Assembly: GCA_040776945.1 (NCBI GenBank)
Contig: JAXGZN010000001.1
Coordinates: forward strand, 544,001 to 608,000
DNA length: 64,000 bases
Source: Methanomassiliicoccaceae archaeon
Lineage (GTDB): Archaea; Thermoplasmatota; Thermoplasmata; Methanomassiliicoccales; Methanomassiliicoccaceae
Direction of reading: 5' to 3'
Within the stretch, counting starts at the first letter, position 1; each line of letters opens with the position of its first letter. The notes beneath the pieces were generated by a model. The model had not been told where the DNA came from. It worked only from the letters and a program-made list of their open reading frames with translations, and ran no database searches. The translations under genes and the position numbers were made by a program. Shown in pieces: positions 20,838-30,527 of this stretch.

Positions 20838-21947
20838 TCACTCCGCCTTGGCCGGAACATTGTCCTTGAGGCAGCGGACCATGTAGGAGGCGATGTCCCG
20901 GATGCCCGTGCCGTCCCTCCTCATAGCCTCCATCAGCTCGGCCAAGCTGCCCTCCTCGATGCGCTTTTCGATCAACGGCAGGTATGCTAGCTCCTCGGAG
21001 GTGGCGGCCCTGCGCGCGGCGCCGTAGAGCCTGCGCAGCTCTGGCCGGCAGGAGGCCGTCCCATTGCGGATGGCGGCCTCGTTGACCTCGAGCAGCGATC
21101 CGTGGTCCTCCTCTAGCTCAATATCGGACCTCAGCAGGGCTAGCACGAACGCGGTGATGGCCATGTCCGAACGGATGCATTCCTGTTCGTCGCAGGCCTT
21201 CAGCTCTATGCACTCCCGATGATAGCGGACGATCACCCCTCGGGAATCGATCCATTCGTGACAGAGAACGTCGCCCCCGATCGCCCGAAGCTCCGAGTAT
21301 ATGGAATCGATGATCTCGTCGTGATGCGCCCGGGACCTTAGCATCTCGGGGATCAAGTTGTTGCAGATGGCCGGCACCCGGCTCTGGTTCTGCCGATAGT
21401 ACATAAGACGGTTGTCCATAACACTGGTGCCCCGGCCCTCTACGAAGGGCGAGGACGCGGTCAAGGCGACCAAGTATGGGGTGAGCGCCCGGAGGCGATT
21501 GAACATGGACACCATCTTGCCCTCGCTGGCGTAATGAAGGTTGATCTGAAGAGCCTGGATGTTCAGCCATCCATGCTGCCTGAGGTCGAAAAGTCGATCA
21601 TATGCCTCATAGATCTCGTGGTCCTGGTGGTCCCACACCGATGTCTGATCGAGGGTGAGCAGGGGATGCATTCCCAACCCCAGGAGGGAGTATCTATGGC
21701 CGGTGGCCAGATGGAGCCGCCGCATTCCATCATAGAGCGTTCTTTCCAGGCCGGGCACTGAGGTATGGGGCACCGCTGGCACGATCTCTATGACGTTCTT
21801 CTGCAGCTCCTTGCTCAAGTTCACGCCCCCGAAGGGGACGTCGTTCTCCAACTTTCCATTGATGCTCTCGAGGATGCGGTCTACGATCGGCAGCGGCCTA
21901 AGGTCCGGGTCGTTCACCGACAGTTCGTGCTCAGTTCCCACGGTCGT
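20838..21947 (-). CDS. Glutamate--cysteine ligase family protein (GCS2)
   Basis: VGTEHE, KELQKNVIE, GLGMHP, HGWLNIQALQINL, SSPFVEG, DNRL, IELKACDEQEC. Start is ACG 21947 or GTG 21941. Confidence 0.85.
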   Translation of the reverse strand, partial: TTVGTEHELSVNDPDLRPLPIVDRILESINGKLENDVPFGGVNLSKELQKNVIEIVPAVPHTSVPGLERTLYDGMRRLHLATGHRYSLLGLGMHPLLTLDQTSVWDHQDHEIYEAYDRLFDLRQHGWLNIQALQINLHYASEGKMVSMFNRLRALTPYLVALTASSPFVEGRGTSVMDNRLMYYRQNQSRVPAICNNLIPEMLRSRAHHDEIIDSIYSELRAIGGDVLCHEWIDSRGVIVRYHRECIELKACDEQECIRSDMAITAFVLALLRSDIELEEDHGSLLEVNEAAIRNGTASCRPELRRLYGAARRAATSEELAYLPLIEKRIEEGSLAELMEAMRRDGTGIRDIASYMVRCLKDNVPAKAE

Positions 21948-22440
21948 TGGCGAACACCTCGTCCAGAGGTATCTCGGCGACCATGTCGGTCTCCGTCTCC
22001 TCCACACGGCACACGCTCTCCAGCTCTTCGGGGGGCAGCGACCTTACCAGATGGCTTATCTTCTCCACAGCCAGTTCGTACTGTTCGTTGAATACGGCAG
22101 GGTCGCTCTTGAGGAACGATACCAGCTCACAGATCCGTTCCCTCTTGATATGGATCTCCAGTTTGTCCCCGCGGACGTCGAAGGTGAAGGGTCCGGCCGA
22201 ACAGGTCTCCGGCTTTACGTTCTGTAGGCGGCAGCGGCCGTCCGAAAAACCCACGCAGAAGCCGGTGGACTTGCAGTCCAACATGCGGTGCTCGCGGAAC
22301 AGCACATCATCGATGGATATGCCATTGTCAAGCAGGATTGAAATGCGCTCCTCGGTCAACGGTGGACGGGCATAATAGCAGCATCGCCCCCCGCACCGGT
22401 CACATATCTTGGTCAGAAGGTCATAGGTGGCCTGGTTCAT
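21931..22440 (-). CDS. YkgJ-family cysteine cluster (CxxCxxCC) protein
   Basis: CDRCGGRCC, GFCVGF..GRCRLQNVKPETCSAGPF. Confidence 0.85.
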   Translation of the reverse strand: MNQATYDLLTKICDRCGGRCCYYARPPLTEERISILLDNGISIDDVLFREHRMLDCKSTGFCVGFSDGRCRLQNVKPETCSAGPFTFDVRGDKLEIHIKRERICELVSFLKSDPAVFNEQYELAVEKISHLVRSLPPEELESVCRVEETETDMVAEIPLDEVFANDRGN

Positions 22441-22790
22441 TCTACAGCACCTCTCGGGGGCCCCTTGCGGGAGGCCGAAGACCCGCCGATTGTCGGATAG
22501 CACCGCCTGTACATGACGCATCGAGGCTGTTAAGAGCGGTGAACCGATGCTTGCTATTTAGTTATTGCGCGACCGGGTCTGGCCCGCCATACTGCCGGCG
22601 TGCACCAGGCGCGCTCGGGGCCCGGGGCAGGCGCGAGGCGTGCCGGCCCCCATTATATCCACTGTCCCGATCCGGGCCGAAGGCATCGCCAGCGCTCGGC
22701 CAACGCGGCCCCAGGCCCGAACGACCAGGGAGCGCTCCGCCTTGTCCCTGCAGAAGTCATGGGGCAGCGGTCGTCCCGATCCTTGCCTGC

Positions 22791-23393
22791 TCAGGCCGCA
22801 CCCTGTTCCCGAAGGGCGCCTACGTCCGCCTGGAGATCATCCTCTCCTTCACCTCCCTTTTGGAGGGGGCGGCGGTACGCCCTCCAGGCCGCCGCCGCCG
22901 ATCCTGCCGAAGCTATGCCGAGCCCCGCTCCCAGGAAGGGCGCCTCGAAGCTGGGGGCCGGGGCCACGCTGCTACCTGGCCTTTCATTGGCACCTTCCAT
23001 CCCCATGCCGTCCTGGGAGGAGGACCCTTGGTTGACGCTCTCGGACCTAGTGGCCGCGGGCGAGGAGGCCATAAGCACCACTACCATAAGCGCCATGAGA
23101 CAGACCATGGATGTCGAGATCAAGATGACTATCTTGGTCTTGTCGTTGGGATTGAGTATGTCCCGGGACCTCCAGGTGAGCGCGTAATAGACGAACCCGT
23201 GGTCCTCTGCGCGGACGACGAAACCGCCCTCCTCGAGCTTCTTCAGGTGGCGGTACACGGCTGCCTTGTCGATGCCTAGCAGCTCGGCCAACTGTGACAC
23301 GGTGCGGCGGTTGGACTGGAGGGCCTTGAGCATCTCCAGCCTAGTGTCGGATGCCAGGGCGAACAGTGACCTCTTGTCCAGCTCCACCTTCAT
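22791..23393 (-). CDS. ArsR-type winged-HTH regulator with C-terminal transmembrane segments
   Basis: LFALASDTRLEMLKAL...TVSQLAELLGIDKAAVYRHLKKLEEGGFV followed by two hydrophobic helices. Confidence 0.85.
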   Translation of the reverse strand: MKVELDKRSLFALASDTRLEMLKALQSNRRTVSQLAELLGIDKAAVYRHLKKLEEGGFVVRAEDHGFVYYALTWRSRDILNPNDKTKIVILISTSMVCLMALMVVVLMASSPAATRSESVNQGSSSQDGMGMEGANERPGSSVAPAPSFEAPFLGAGLGIASAGSAAAAWRAYRRPLQKGGEGEDDLQADVGALREQGAA

Positions 23394-23442
23394 ACGTGTC
23401 CCGCCCACCGACAGGACTTCCGAGGGCTTGAAACCTGCCTCT

Positions 23443-25212
23443 TCATGGGGCGACCACGGAGATTGCGTCGTATCCATATCTATCGTGCCTCCCTCCGCTG
23501 TATGTCAGTGAGCCGAGATCCTCCAGCGCGGCAAGGGAGCTGGCCCGGATGGTGGTGTCAGAGATGGTGTACAGCACGTCGCCGATGAACAGCGAACGGT
23601 CCACGGTGGCGTTCTCATGCACGATCCTGCCCACCTCGCGTATATCGCTGCCCAGTTGGAGTACCAGGGCTGCCGAGGACGGGAGATAGTAGCCCATGGT
23701 GTCGTTCCAGTAGCCAGCGCTGTAATAGGTCACGGGTATCACCAGCATGTTCCTGTCATGGATATACAGCACTGCCCTGTGGTCGTATTGGGCGGGGGAG
23801 TATGAGAACCCCTCGACCACGAAGGTGTCGATCTGCCTCATGTTCTCGGGGTCGTTCACGTCGAACAAAGATACCTTGACCGAGCCGTTCTCGAACCCTA
23901 TGCCCATAAGGCCGCCCTCCACCATCTGAAGGTAGTTGGAGGCCCCCGGGACCTTCAGCTCACCCAGCACCCTGGGCGTGTCCGATGAGAGGTCTACTAT
24001 GAACAGCGGGTCGATCTGCAGGAAGGTCACAAGGTACAGGCGGTCGCCCATGAACCGGCAGGAGTATATGCTCTCGCCCGGAGCTATCCCGGTCGCCGCG
24101 CCGACCTCTTTGAGCTTCAGGTCCAGGACATGGACCTCATTGGAGGCGTCCGACCACCATCCCGCGGTCGTGGCGATGCGCAGCCGGCCGTCCTTCTCAT
24201 CGAGGGCGAACTGGTTCAGCGGACGTCCCCTAACCGAGCCTTGTGCCTCCAGGGACATCTCGGTCCCCTCAACGGAAATCCGGTATATGGAGGTCGTGAG
24301 CTTCGAGCTCGCCCTGGTTGTAGCGCCGTCCCAGAGCTGCATCGTCAGATATAGGGCGGTCGGGGACATGTACGCCACCGAGGTGGAGCCTACCAGCGCC
24401 GTCAATGTTCCGGTCTTGCCGGAGGAGGTGTTGAAGGCCAGAAGGTTGACGAAGGATGAGACTTCGGACATCGCCGGGTCGTAGCTTATCTCGGTGGCCT
24501 TTACGGTCTCTCTGGTCCCGCCTGACGTTAGTTCCGGCAGCCTCAGCTCATTGTCGAACGAGGACCAAATGCTGTGCTCGGTTATGAGATAGATGGTGGG
24601 GCCGATCATCCTAGACGTGACCTGATATCCGCTCATGCCTGCCGTGCGGACGAGCCTTGGGGCGGCTGGGTCGCTGACATCGTAGACGCGCACGAAGGTT
24701 TGCTCCACAGCAAGGTATGGAAGGGGCGATATCGCAGGGACTTCTAGCGCATCGATCGCCGGCCCGTACTCAGAGCATACTGCCGTTAGGAGCCCTCTGT
24801 GAAGGTACAGCCCCTCCACCTGTGCGCTGCCATTGTCGCTGATAACTATCTCCGACACTTTGGCCATCGGCGGACCTGCCCTGATCACATGGACCGCTCC
24901 CGCGTCGCCGATGTAGATGTGTTCCCCATCGGTCTTTACCCGGTCGCTCTCGTCCACGCCCACCACCTGTACATTGGTGCTCGAATGGGGTGCGCCATCG
25001 GAAGCGGACGAGCCCTCGGCCAAGTCGGAGCTGACAGGCCCCTTTACCTGCGAGCGGCCGGAGTGGCCGATCAAGAATGCTCGTAGCTCGGGGTCCGAGT
25101 TGAACTTGACCAACCTGCTTGCCTCCTCATGCTCGCTCATAGCCATAGTGGCCAGGGAGCCGAGCATGACCCCAACGACAAGTAGGACCCAAAGGGCAGG
25201 AAGCGATCTCAT
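23443..25212 (-). CDS. Secreted beta-propeller domain protein (Beta_propel family)
   Basis: Signal/TM N-terminus, STNVQVVGVDESDRVKTDG, LNQFALDE, LRIATT, GESIYSCRFMGDRLYLVTF.QIDPLF, LGELKVPG.SNYL. Confidence 0.88.
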   Translation of the reverse strand: MRSLPALWVLLVVGVMLGSLATMAMSEHEEASRLVKFNSDPELRAFLIGHSGRSQVKGPVSSDLAEGSSASDGAPHSSTNVQVVGVDESDRVKTDGEHIYIGDAGAVHVIRAGPPMAKVSEIVISDNGSAQVEGLYLHRGLLTAVCSEYGPAIDALEVPAISPLPYLAVEQTFVRVYDVSDPAAPRLVRTAGMSGYQVTSRMIGPTIYLITEHSIWSSFDNELRLPELTSGGTRETVKATEISYDPAMSEVSSFVNLLAFNTSSGKTGTLTALVGSTSVAYMSPTALYLTMQLWDGATTRASSKLTTSIYRISVEGTEMSLEAQGSVRGRPLNQFALDEKDGRLRIATTAGWWSDASNEVHVLDLKLKEVGAATGIAPGESIYSCRFMGDRLYLVTFLQIDPLFIVDLSSDTPRVLGELKVPGASNYLQMVEGGLMGIGFENGSVKVSLFDVNDPENMRQIDTFVVEGFSYSPAQYDHRAVLYIHDRNMLVIPVTYYSAGYWNDTMGYYLPSSAALVLQLGSDIREVGRIVHENATVDRSLFIGDVLYTISDTTIRASSLAALEDLGSLTYSGGRHDRYGYDAISVVAP

Positions 25213-25315
25213 CGCAACCTAAGCTGCGGCCGGCCTCTTATACCCGCCCTTGCCGTTGACCGGCCGGTCAACGCCGCCCTCTTTTCCATCTGCCAGTTTT
25301 CGAGACCTTGCTGCC

Positions 25316-25930
25316 CTAACTGCGGCCAGCGGGCCTGCGGCTGACCCCGGGATGCCCCTCCACGAGGAACCGCCAGGGCCAATTGGCGGCCTCCCCCGCG
25401 TATCCGATGCCCACTCTGGGCGCTGCCACGATCTTTCCCGGCGGTCCTCCGCCTTTTAGATATAGTGTATCGCCGCAGGCATCAGAACCGTTCAGCCCGC
25501 GACCGACGGCGAATGCGATGCACAGCTTGCCCGGCCCGTTGCATAGCCTGTGCATGGTCTGTTCGCCGGCCACAGTTCCTCTCCTTCGGGCCATCAGTTC
25601 CAGTCCGGACGTCGGCAGCACTGCACGGAGGAGCACGGCCTGGGGGTCGCCCTCTTCGCCGCAAACGATGTTGAGGCAGTGGTATAATCCGTAGATCATA
25701 TAGACGTAAGCGTGGCCGGGCGCTCCCCACATCGGCTCATTGCGCGGCGTCCTCCGGCCGCCATAGGTATGGGAAGCGGGATCGTCGATGCCGGTGTAGG
25801 CCTCGGCCTCGATGATGGTCCCGGATGCCTTGCCTTCCTCGGAGACCCTCACCAGTTCCTTGCCCATGATGTCCTTGGCCACTTCCAGAGCGGACCGGCG
25901 GAAGAAATCCCTCTCCAGTTTGCCGTCCAT
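25316..25930 (-). CDS. mpg: DNA-3-methyladenine glycosylase (AAG/MPG family)
   Basis: IIEAEAYTG.DDPASH, PGHAYVYMIYGLYHCLNIV, AVLLRA, CNGPGKLC, PRVGI, PWRF. Confidence 0.93.
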   Translation of the reverse strand: MDGKLERDFFRRSALEVAKDIMGKELVRVSEEGKASGTIIEAEAYTGIDDPASHTYGGRRTPRNEPMWGAPGHAYVYMIYGLYHCLNIVCGEEGDPQAVLLRAVLPTSGLELMARRRGTVAGEQTMHRLCNGPGKLCIAFAVGRGLNGSDACGDTLYLKGGGPPGKIVAAPRVGIGYAGEAANWPWRFLVEGHPGVSRRPAGRS

Positions 25931-26079
25931 CGCTTCCACATATACTTGATCGGTCTTAACAGCGCATGCCATGGACCGGCCCTTACAAAAAAGATCGGAA
26001 GGAGATATCCAGCCTGAAAGCTTTATATCCTGATGAAGGCACATGGCTCCCTCAGGATGGGAGATGCTGTCATCATGAT

Positions 26080-26712
26080 GTGGATCGTCTCACGGCCACT
26101 GAGGGTGGTCCTCTGATCGAGATCGCTCTGATCACTTTTCTATATGCCTTTCTGGGAGGTTCCATCAAGTACATTGACCAGGCGTATGATGAGAAGGTGT
26201 TCTCCATTCGGTCCGCGAACGTCGTCGCGATAATGGCCGGCCTCATCATGGGCTATCTGATGGCCCGGGACAGCCCTTTCTCCACGGCGTTCTACTCCGC
26301 CATGCTCCTCTCTCTCGTTCTGGCGAGGAAGATTGACAATCGCGCATTCGGCCTGGGGACCGTGCTTGCCGTCGCCTCCCTGCTGGCGTTCTATCCCAGC
26401 AGCGAGGTGCAGTGGACGCTTTGGCCGATCGTGGCCTTCCTTGTCGCGGGGTTCGTGGACGAGATCGCTGACAGCATGGTCGACAGGTGCCGCCTCCAGG
26501 GCATCCTTCAGGCCTTTCTGAACTACCGTCCATTTAGTGACATTGCCCTGTTCGTGATGGTGATGACCGGGACCTTCGCCTGGATCTATCTTGTCCCATA
26601 TTTCGCCTTCACCCTCTCCTACATGCTTGTAGAGAGGTTCTCAGAGAGGGAGCTCTCGATATCCGAGAGCGTGGATAGGATAAGGCAACGGGTGCTACGC
26701 CGGGCCAACTAG
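26080..26712 (+). CDS. Conserved archaeal multi-pass membrane protein
   Basis: LGGSIKYIDQAYDE, KIDN, GFVDE, YRPF motifs and about 6 TM helices. Start uncertain. Confidence 0.7.
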   Translation: MDRLTATEGGPLIEIALITFLYAFLGGSIKYIDQAYDEKVFSIRSANVVAIMAGLIMGYLMARDSPFSTAFYSAMLLSLVLARKIDNRAFGLGTVLAVASLLAFYPSSEVQWTLWPIVAFLVAGFVDEIADSMVDRCRLQGILQAFLNYRPFSDIALFVMVMTGTFAWIYLVPYFAFTLSYMLVERFSERELSISESVDRIRQRVLRRAN

Positions 26713-26757
26713 GCGGAGGGCGGGAACGTTTATTACAGGGCCGGGGATTCCCTGTCG

Positions 26758-27072
26758 ATGTCTTTCTCAAAGTCCGCCAAGCCTTCCCTGGACCTTAAGG
26801 TCATCTATAGAAAGTGGAGGCTTCTCTCCCTGGGCCTGGACCTCGCTGGGCTGGTTGCGTTCTTCTTCGCGTTGGGGATAGGGGGCCTGACCGTCCCGCT
26901 CATGATCGTCTCTGTGATCCTCCTATGGGCAGGGGTTGCGGCCTCCCGGAAATATTTAATAGTTGAGAGGGGGAGGCCCTTTGAGATCGCGGCGAAGATG
27001 TCCTACTTCATCAGCCTGGTCATCGCCCTGGTGCTTTCAGTGCTTGCCGTGATCACCGTATTGAACAACTGA
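26758..27072 (+). CDS. Small 3-TM membrane protein
   Basis: Hydrophobic profile, TATA-like tttatta upstream. Confidence 0.65.
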   Translation: MSFSKSAKPSLDLKVIYRKWRLLSLGLDLAGLVAFFFALGIGGLTVPLMIVSVILLWAGVAASRKYLIVERGRPFEIAAKMSYFISLVIALVLSVLAVITVLNN

Positions 27073-27327
27073 AAAGGATCGCTTCTCTCCGTCCCAGCAG
27101 GCCTGGCAGACGTTCCCAGCACGGACTAGAAGATACAGGGCGAGCATGGCGACGACCGCCCCCATGATCATCGCTGCGCCCCTGGCCACAGAGGCGAGGC
27201 CCATCAGTGTGAGGGCCAGAAGCATAATGATCGCCGTTATCATGCCTAGGGCAAGGATCGGCAGGAACACAAGGGATCGGCCAGGCATCATCTCCCCGCA
27301 GGTCCGGCATCTCAGGGACAACGCCAT
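27037..27327 (-). CDS. Small membrane protein, TM hairpin flanked by CxxC motifs
   Basis: CRTC - two TM helices - CQAC. Confidence 0.55.
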   Translation of the reverse strand: MALSLRCRTCGEMMPGRSLVFLPILALGMITAIIMLLALTLMGLASVARGAAMIMGAVVAMLALYLLVRAGNVCQACWDGEKRSFSVVQYGDHGKH

Positions 27328-27461
27328 GGGATTGAAACATGTCGGCATAGGGAGATAACGTCCATCAAGGCCTGGACGTTCATTTGGTCCCAACATCGCC
27401 CGCGTCCCGAGGGCTGAGCGCCTCCGGGGATATTGATTATCCGGAACTCCAATAACTGTCC

Positions 27462-28934
27462 GTGCGAGCCAAGGGAAGCGGCGGGCCTCCGAGGAACGAT
27501 GGCTCCGGGAAGTTGAGCGCCTTCGACGTTACCAACCTGGTGGTGGGATCGATCATCGGCGCGGACATCTACGTGGCGACGGCCATAAGTTCACGCCTGG
27601 TCGGCCCCGCGGCCTTGATCATATGGATCGCGGCCGGGGTGATGGCGCTGGTGATCGCCTTCTCGTTCGCCTACTGCGTGATGGCCCTGCCCAAGGTCGG
27701 AGGTCCTTACGCCTTCGTCACCGCGGTGTCCTCCCCGTTCCCGGGGTTCATGATCGGTTGGGCGCTCTTGCTGGCCGAATGGTTCTCGCTTTCCGTCTTT
27801 CCTGTGGCCTTCGCGCAGTACTTCACCGCGCTGGTGCCCGGCATAGATGCTCTGGGCCAGGCAGCGCTCAAGGGCGTTTTCATCATCATTATCATCGCTA
27901 CCAACGTCGTCGGGGTGAAAGCGGCGGGGAGGGCCAACGACGCTCTTACCCTGATCAAGCTGAGCCCCCTTTTGCTCATCATCCTCGGAGGCTTTGTTCT
28001 CATTGCCGGCGAACCGTCCGCGGCGGGCTCGAACCTCGAGCCGTTCCTCACCGGCGGGACCGAGCAGATAGGGCAGGCCCTCGTGCTGATCTTCTGGGCA
28101 TACGCCGGGTTCGAGCTCAGCACCCTTCCCGCCGACGAGGTGCGTGAGCCGACGCGCACCATACCCAAGGCGATCGCGGCAGGGATGTCCATCGTGATCG
28201 CGTTCTACTTCCTGACCAACATGGCAGTGGTGGCGTCAGTGAGCAACGAGGTCCTGATGGCCTCCACCTCGCCTCTCCTGGACGCTACAAGGTCGATGTT
28301 TGCTGTGGCCGGCGGGGCCGCAGGAGCGCTCGTGATGTTCGTCGGAGCTGGTGCCCTGCTCTCGATCATGGGCTCGGACGAGTCGGGGACCCTGGGGACG
28401 TCGAGGCTGGCGTACGCAATGTCCCTGGACGGATTGCTGCCCCATCAACTGGCGCGTGAGCATTCGCGGTTCCGAACTCCTTACCTGGCCATTCTGGCTC
28501 TGAGCCTGACGGCGTTCGTGGCGTCACTGTTCGGGAGCCTTACCGCCCTCATCAACGCGGCAGTGTTCCTCCTGTCCCTTGTTTACCTGGCCACCTGCCT
28601 CTCGGCCATCCTCCTTCTGAGGAAGGACCCCGAGCTGGCCAAGAGGCTTAGGGGGAGATGGACCGTTCCCCTGGCAGGCATAGGGTTCTCCGCTCTCCTC
28701 CTGGCGCTGATCGATCCAGGCATATGGGTGGTGGGGACGGCGCTGCTCGCCGTGGGAGCGCCGGTGTACGCGTACTTCTCTCCCCGCAAGCCCCTCAAGG
28801 AGCGGCGGGAGGAGTTCTATTCGCCTGAAAGCACGAGGGCCGCGATTCGCCGGCAAAGGCGGAGGTTCCTCGCCCTTCCCGTCCACATGGTGCAGCACCT
28901 GTACCGAAGGCTCAAGGCCCATCGGAGGGCGTAG
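27462..28934 (+). CDS. APC-superfamily amino acid permease
   Basis: VVGSIIGADIY, PKVGGPYAF, FWAYAGFE, EVREPTRTIPKA, SRLAYAMSLDGLLP. Confidence 0.92.
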   Translation: MRAKGSGGPPRNDGSGKLSAFDVTNLVVGSIIGADIYVATAISSRLVGPAALIIWIAAGVMALVIAFSFAYCVMALPKVGGPYAFVTAVSSPFPGFMIGWALLLAEWFSLSVFPVAFAQYFTALVPGIDALGQAALKGVFIIIIIATNVVGVKAAGRANDALTLIKLSPLLLIILGGFVLIAGEPSAAGSNLEPFLTGGTEQIGQALVLIFWAYAGFELSTLPADEVREPTRTIPKAIAAGMSIVIAFYFLTNMAVVASVSNEVLMASTSPLLDATRSMFAVAGGAAGALVMFVGAGALLSIMGSDESGTLGTSRLAYAMSLDGLLPHQLAREHSRFRTPYLAILALSLTAFVASLFGSLTALINAAVFLLSLVYLATCLSAILLLRKDPELAKRLRGRWTVPLAGIGFSALLLALIDPGIWVVGTALLAVGAPVYAYFSPRKPLKERREEFYSPESTRAAIRRQRRRFLALPVHMVQHLYRRLKAHRRA

Positions 28935-28988
28935 AGGCCTTCTCACCCTAGGATATGATTAGAAGGGGTTCGACCATCCTCTAATCGG

Positions 28989-29774
28989 ATGCCCGAACTG
29001 CCCGAGGTGGAGACCTTCAAGCGGTACATCGAGAACGGCTCGCTCCGCCGGCCTATCGTCAGGACGGAGGTCAGGAGCCTGATCGTGCTGGCCATGGGGG
29101 TGGAAGAGCTTGAGCAAAGGACGCGAGGCGCGATGTTCCTGTCCGTCCGCCGCCATGGCAAGCAGTTGTTCCTGGAGCTAAGCTCCGGAGGATGGATCAC
29201 CTGGCACTTCGGGATGACCGGCGAGCCGGTGCTGTTCACGGACCAAGGGCCGCGGTTCCCCCGGGTTCTGTTCCACTTCGAGGACGCCACCCTCGCGCAC
29301 GACGACCCCCGCATGCTCGGCCGCATAGGGTGGGCGCCCTCGGTGGAAGAGTTCGTCCGGCGCAAGAGGCTGGGGCCGGACGCGCTCTCCATCTCCAGAG
29401 CGGATTTCGCGGACAGGTTCTCCAGGGCCCGGGGGGCGGTGAAGCCGGCGCTAATGGACCAGCACCGGATGGCGGGTATCGGGAACATCTATGCGGACGA
29501 GGTGCTGTTCCAGAGCAGGATCGATCCTCGGACCGAGACAAGCTCACTGTCCGGGAAGGACCTGGAGAGGATGCACCGGAACATGCGCAGGATACTGAAA
29601 CTGGCCATCGAGAGGGGCGCTGACTTCACCCGCTTCCCGGGCACTTACATCCTCCATCACCGGCGCAAGGGCGCCGACTGCCCTGGCTGCGGCGGGACGG
29701 TGGACACGCTGATTCTGGGCGGGAGAACGGCATATTTCTGCCCGGCGTGCCAGCACCGGGATGGAGGCGCGTGA
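28989..29774 (+). CDS. mutM: Fpg/Nei family DNA glycosylase/AP lyase
   Basis: N-terminal MPELPEVE, RRHGKQL, HFGMTG, H2TH GIGNIYADEVLF, zinc finger CPGC...RTAYFCPACQ. Confidence 0.93.
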   Translation: MPELPEVETFKRYIENGSLRRPIVRTEVRSLIVLAMGVEELEQRTRGAMFLSVRRHGKQLFLELSSGGWITWHFGMTGEPVLFTDQGPRFPRVLFHFEDATLAHDDPRMLGRIGWAPSVEEFVRRKRLGPDALSISRADFADRFSRARGAVKPALMDQHRMAGIGNIYADEVLFQSRIDPRTETSSLSGKDLERMHRNMRRILKLAIERGADFTRFPGTYILHHRRKGADCPGCGGTVDTLILGGRTAYFCPACQHRDGGA

Positions 29775-30471
29775 GGGCATGAGGGTCGAGGTCCTGGGCA
29801 CCAGAGGGCACATCGAGGCCAGCGCGCCCCGGCACATGCTCCATTCCGGGGTGCTGATGGACGACGTGCTCTTCGATCTCGGCGAGCGGCAGTACCTCGA
29901 CCGCTCGCCCAGCGCGGTGTTCATCACCCACTTTCACGAGGACCATGCGTTCTTCGTCAACGACGACGGGGCGGAGATCGGCGTGCCGATGTATGCGCCG
30001 GAGCGGCTGGCGGGAAGGGAGATGAAGGTCATCAGGAGCACGGTGGAAGTGGATGGCATGACGGTGACGCCGGTGCCCACGCGCCACAGCGAGAACGTGC
30101 GGTCCTGCGGATACCTGGTGGAGAAGGACCTTCAGCGGGTGCTGTACACCGGCGACCTGTTCGCCATCCCCGAGCGCTTCCGGGACCGCCTGGCCGACCT
30201 TGACCTGGCCATCATCGAGGGCAGCTTCATCCGGCGCGGGGGGTTGGTCCGCAGGGACCCCAGGACCGGAAGGCCCCACGGCCACACCGGCATACCGGAC
30301 CTGGTGGACCTCTTCGCCCCCATCGCCACAAGGATCGTCGTCACCCACTTCGGCAGCTGGTTCTTCAAGGACATGGATGGCGCGAGGAAGCGCATCGAGT
30401 CCCTGGGACCGGAGGGCAAGGTCATCGTCGCCGAGGATGGGATGGTGATAGACCTGGACGCCGGTCTCTGA
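29761..30471 (+). CDS. Metallo-beta-lactamase fold hydrolase
   Basis: VLGTRG, LFDLG, THFHEDH, TRHS, YTGD, GH, VTHFG. The start may be 29779. Confidence 0.85.
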   Translation: MEAREGMRVEVLGTRGHIEASAPRHMLHSGVLMDDVLFDLGERQYLDRSPSAVFITHFHEDHAFFVNDDGAEIGVPMYAPERLAGREMKVIRSTVEVDGMTVTPVPTRHSENVRSCGYLVEKDLQRVLYTGDLFAIPERFRDRLADLDLAIIEGSFIRRGGLVRRDPRTGRPHGHTGIPDLVDLFAPIATRIVVTHFGSWFFKDMDGARKRIESLGPEGKVIVAEDGMVIDLDAGL

Positions 30472-30527
30472 CCCTTGCCTTAAAGGCCAAAATATCAATA
30501 CATCTGGGTTCGACTACGAGACGACAG

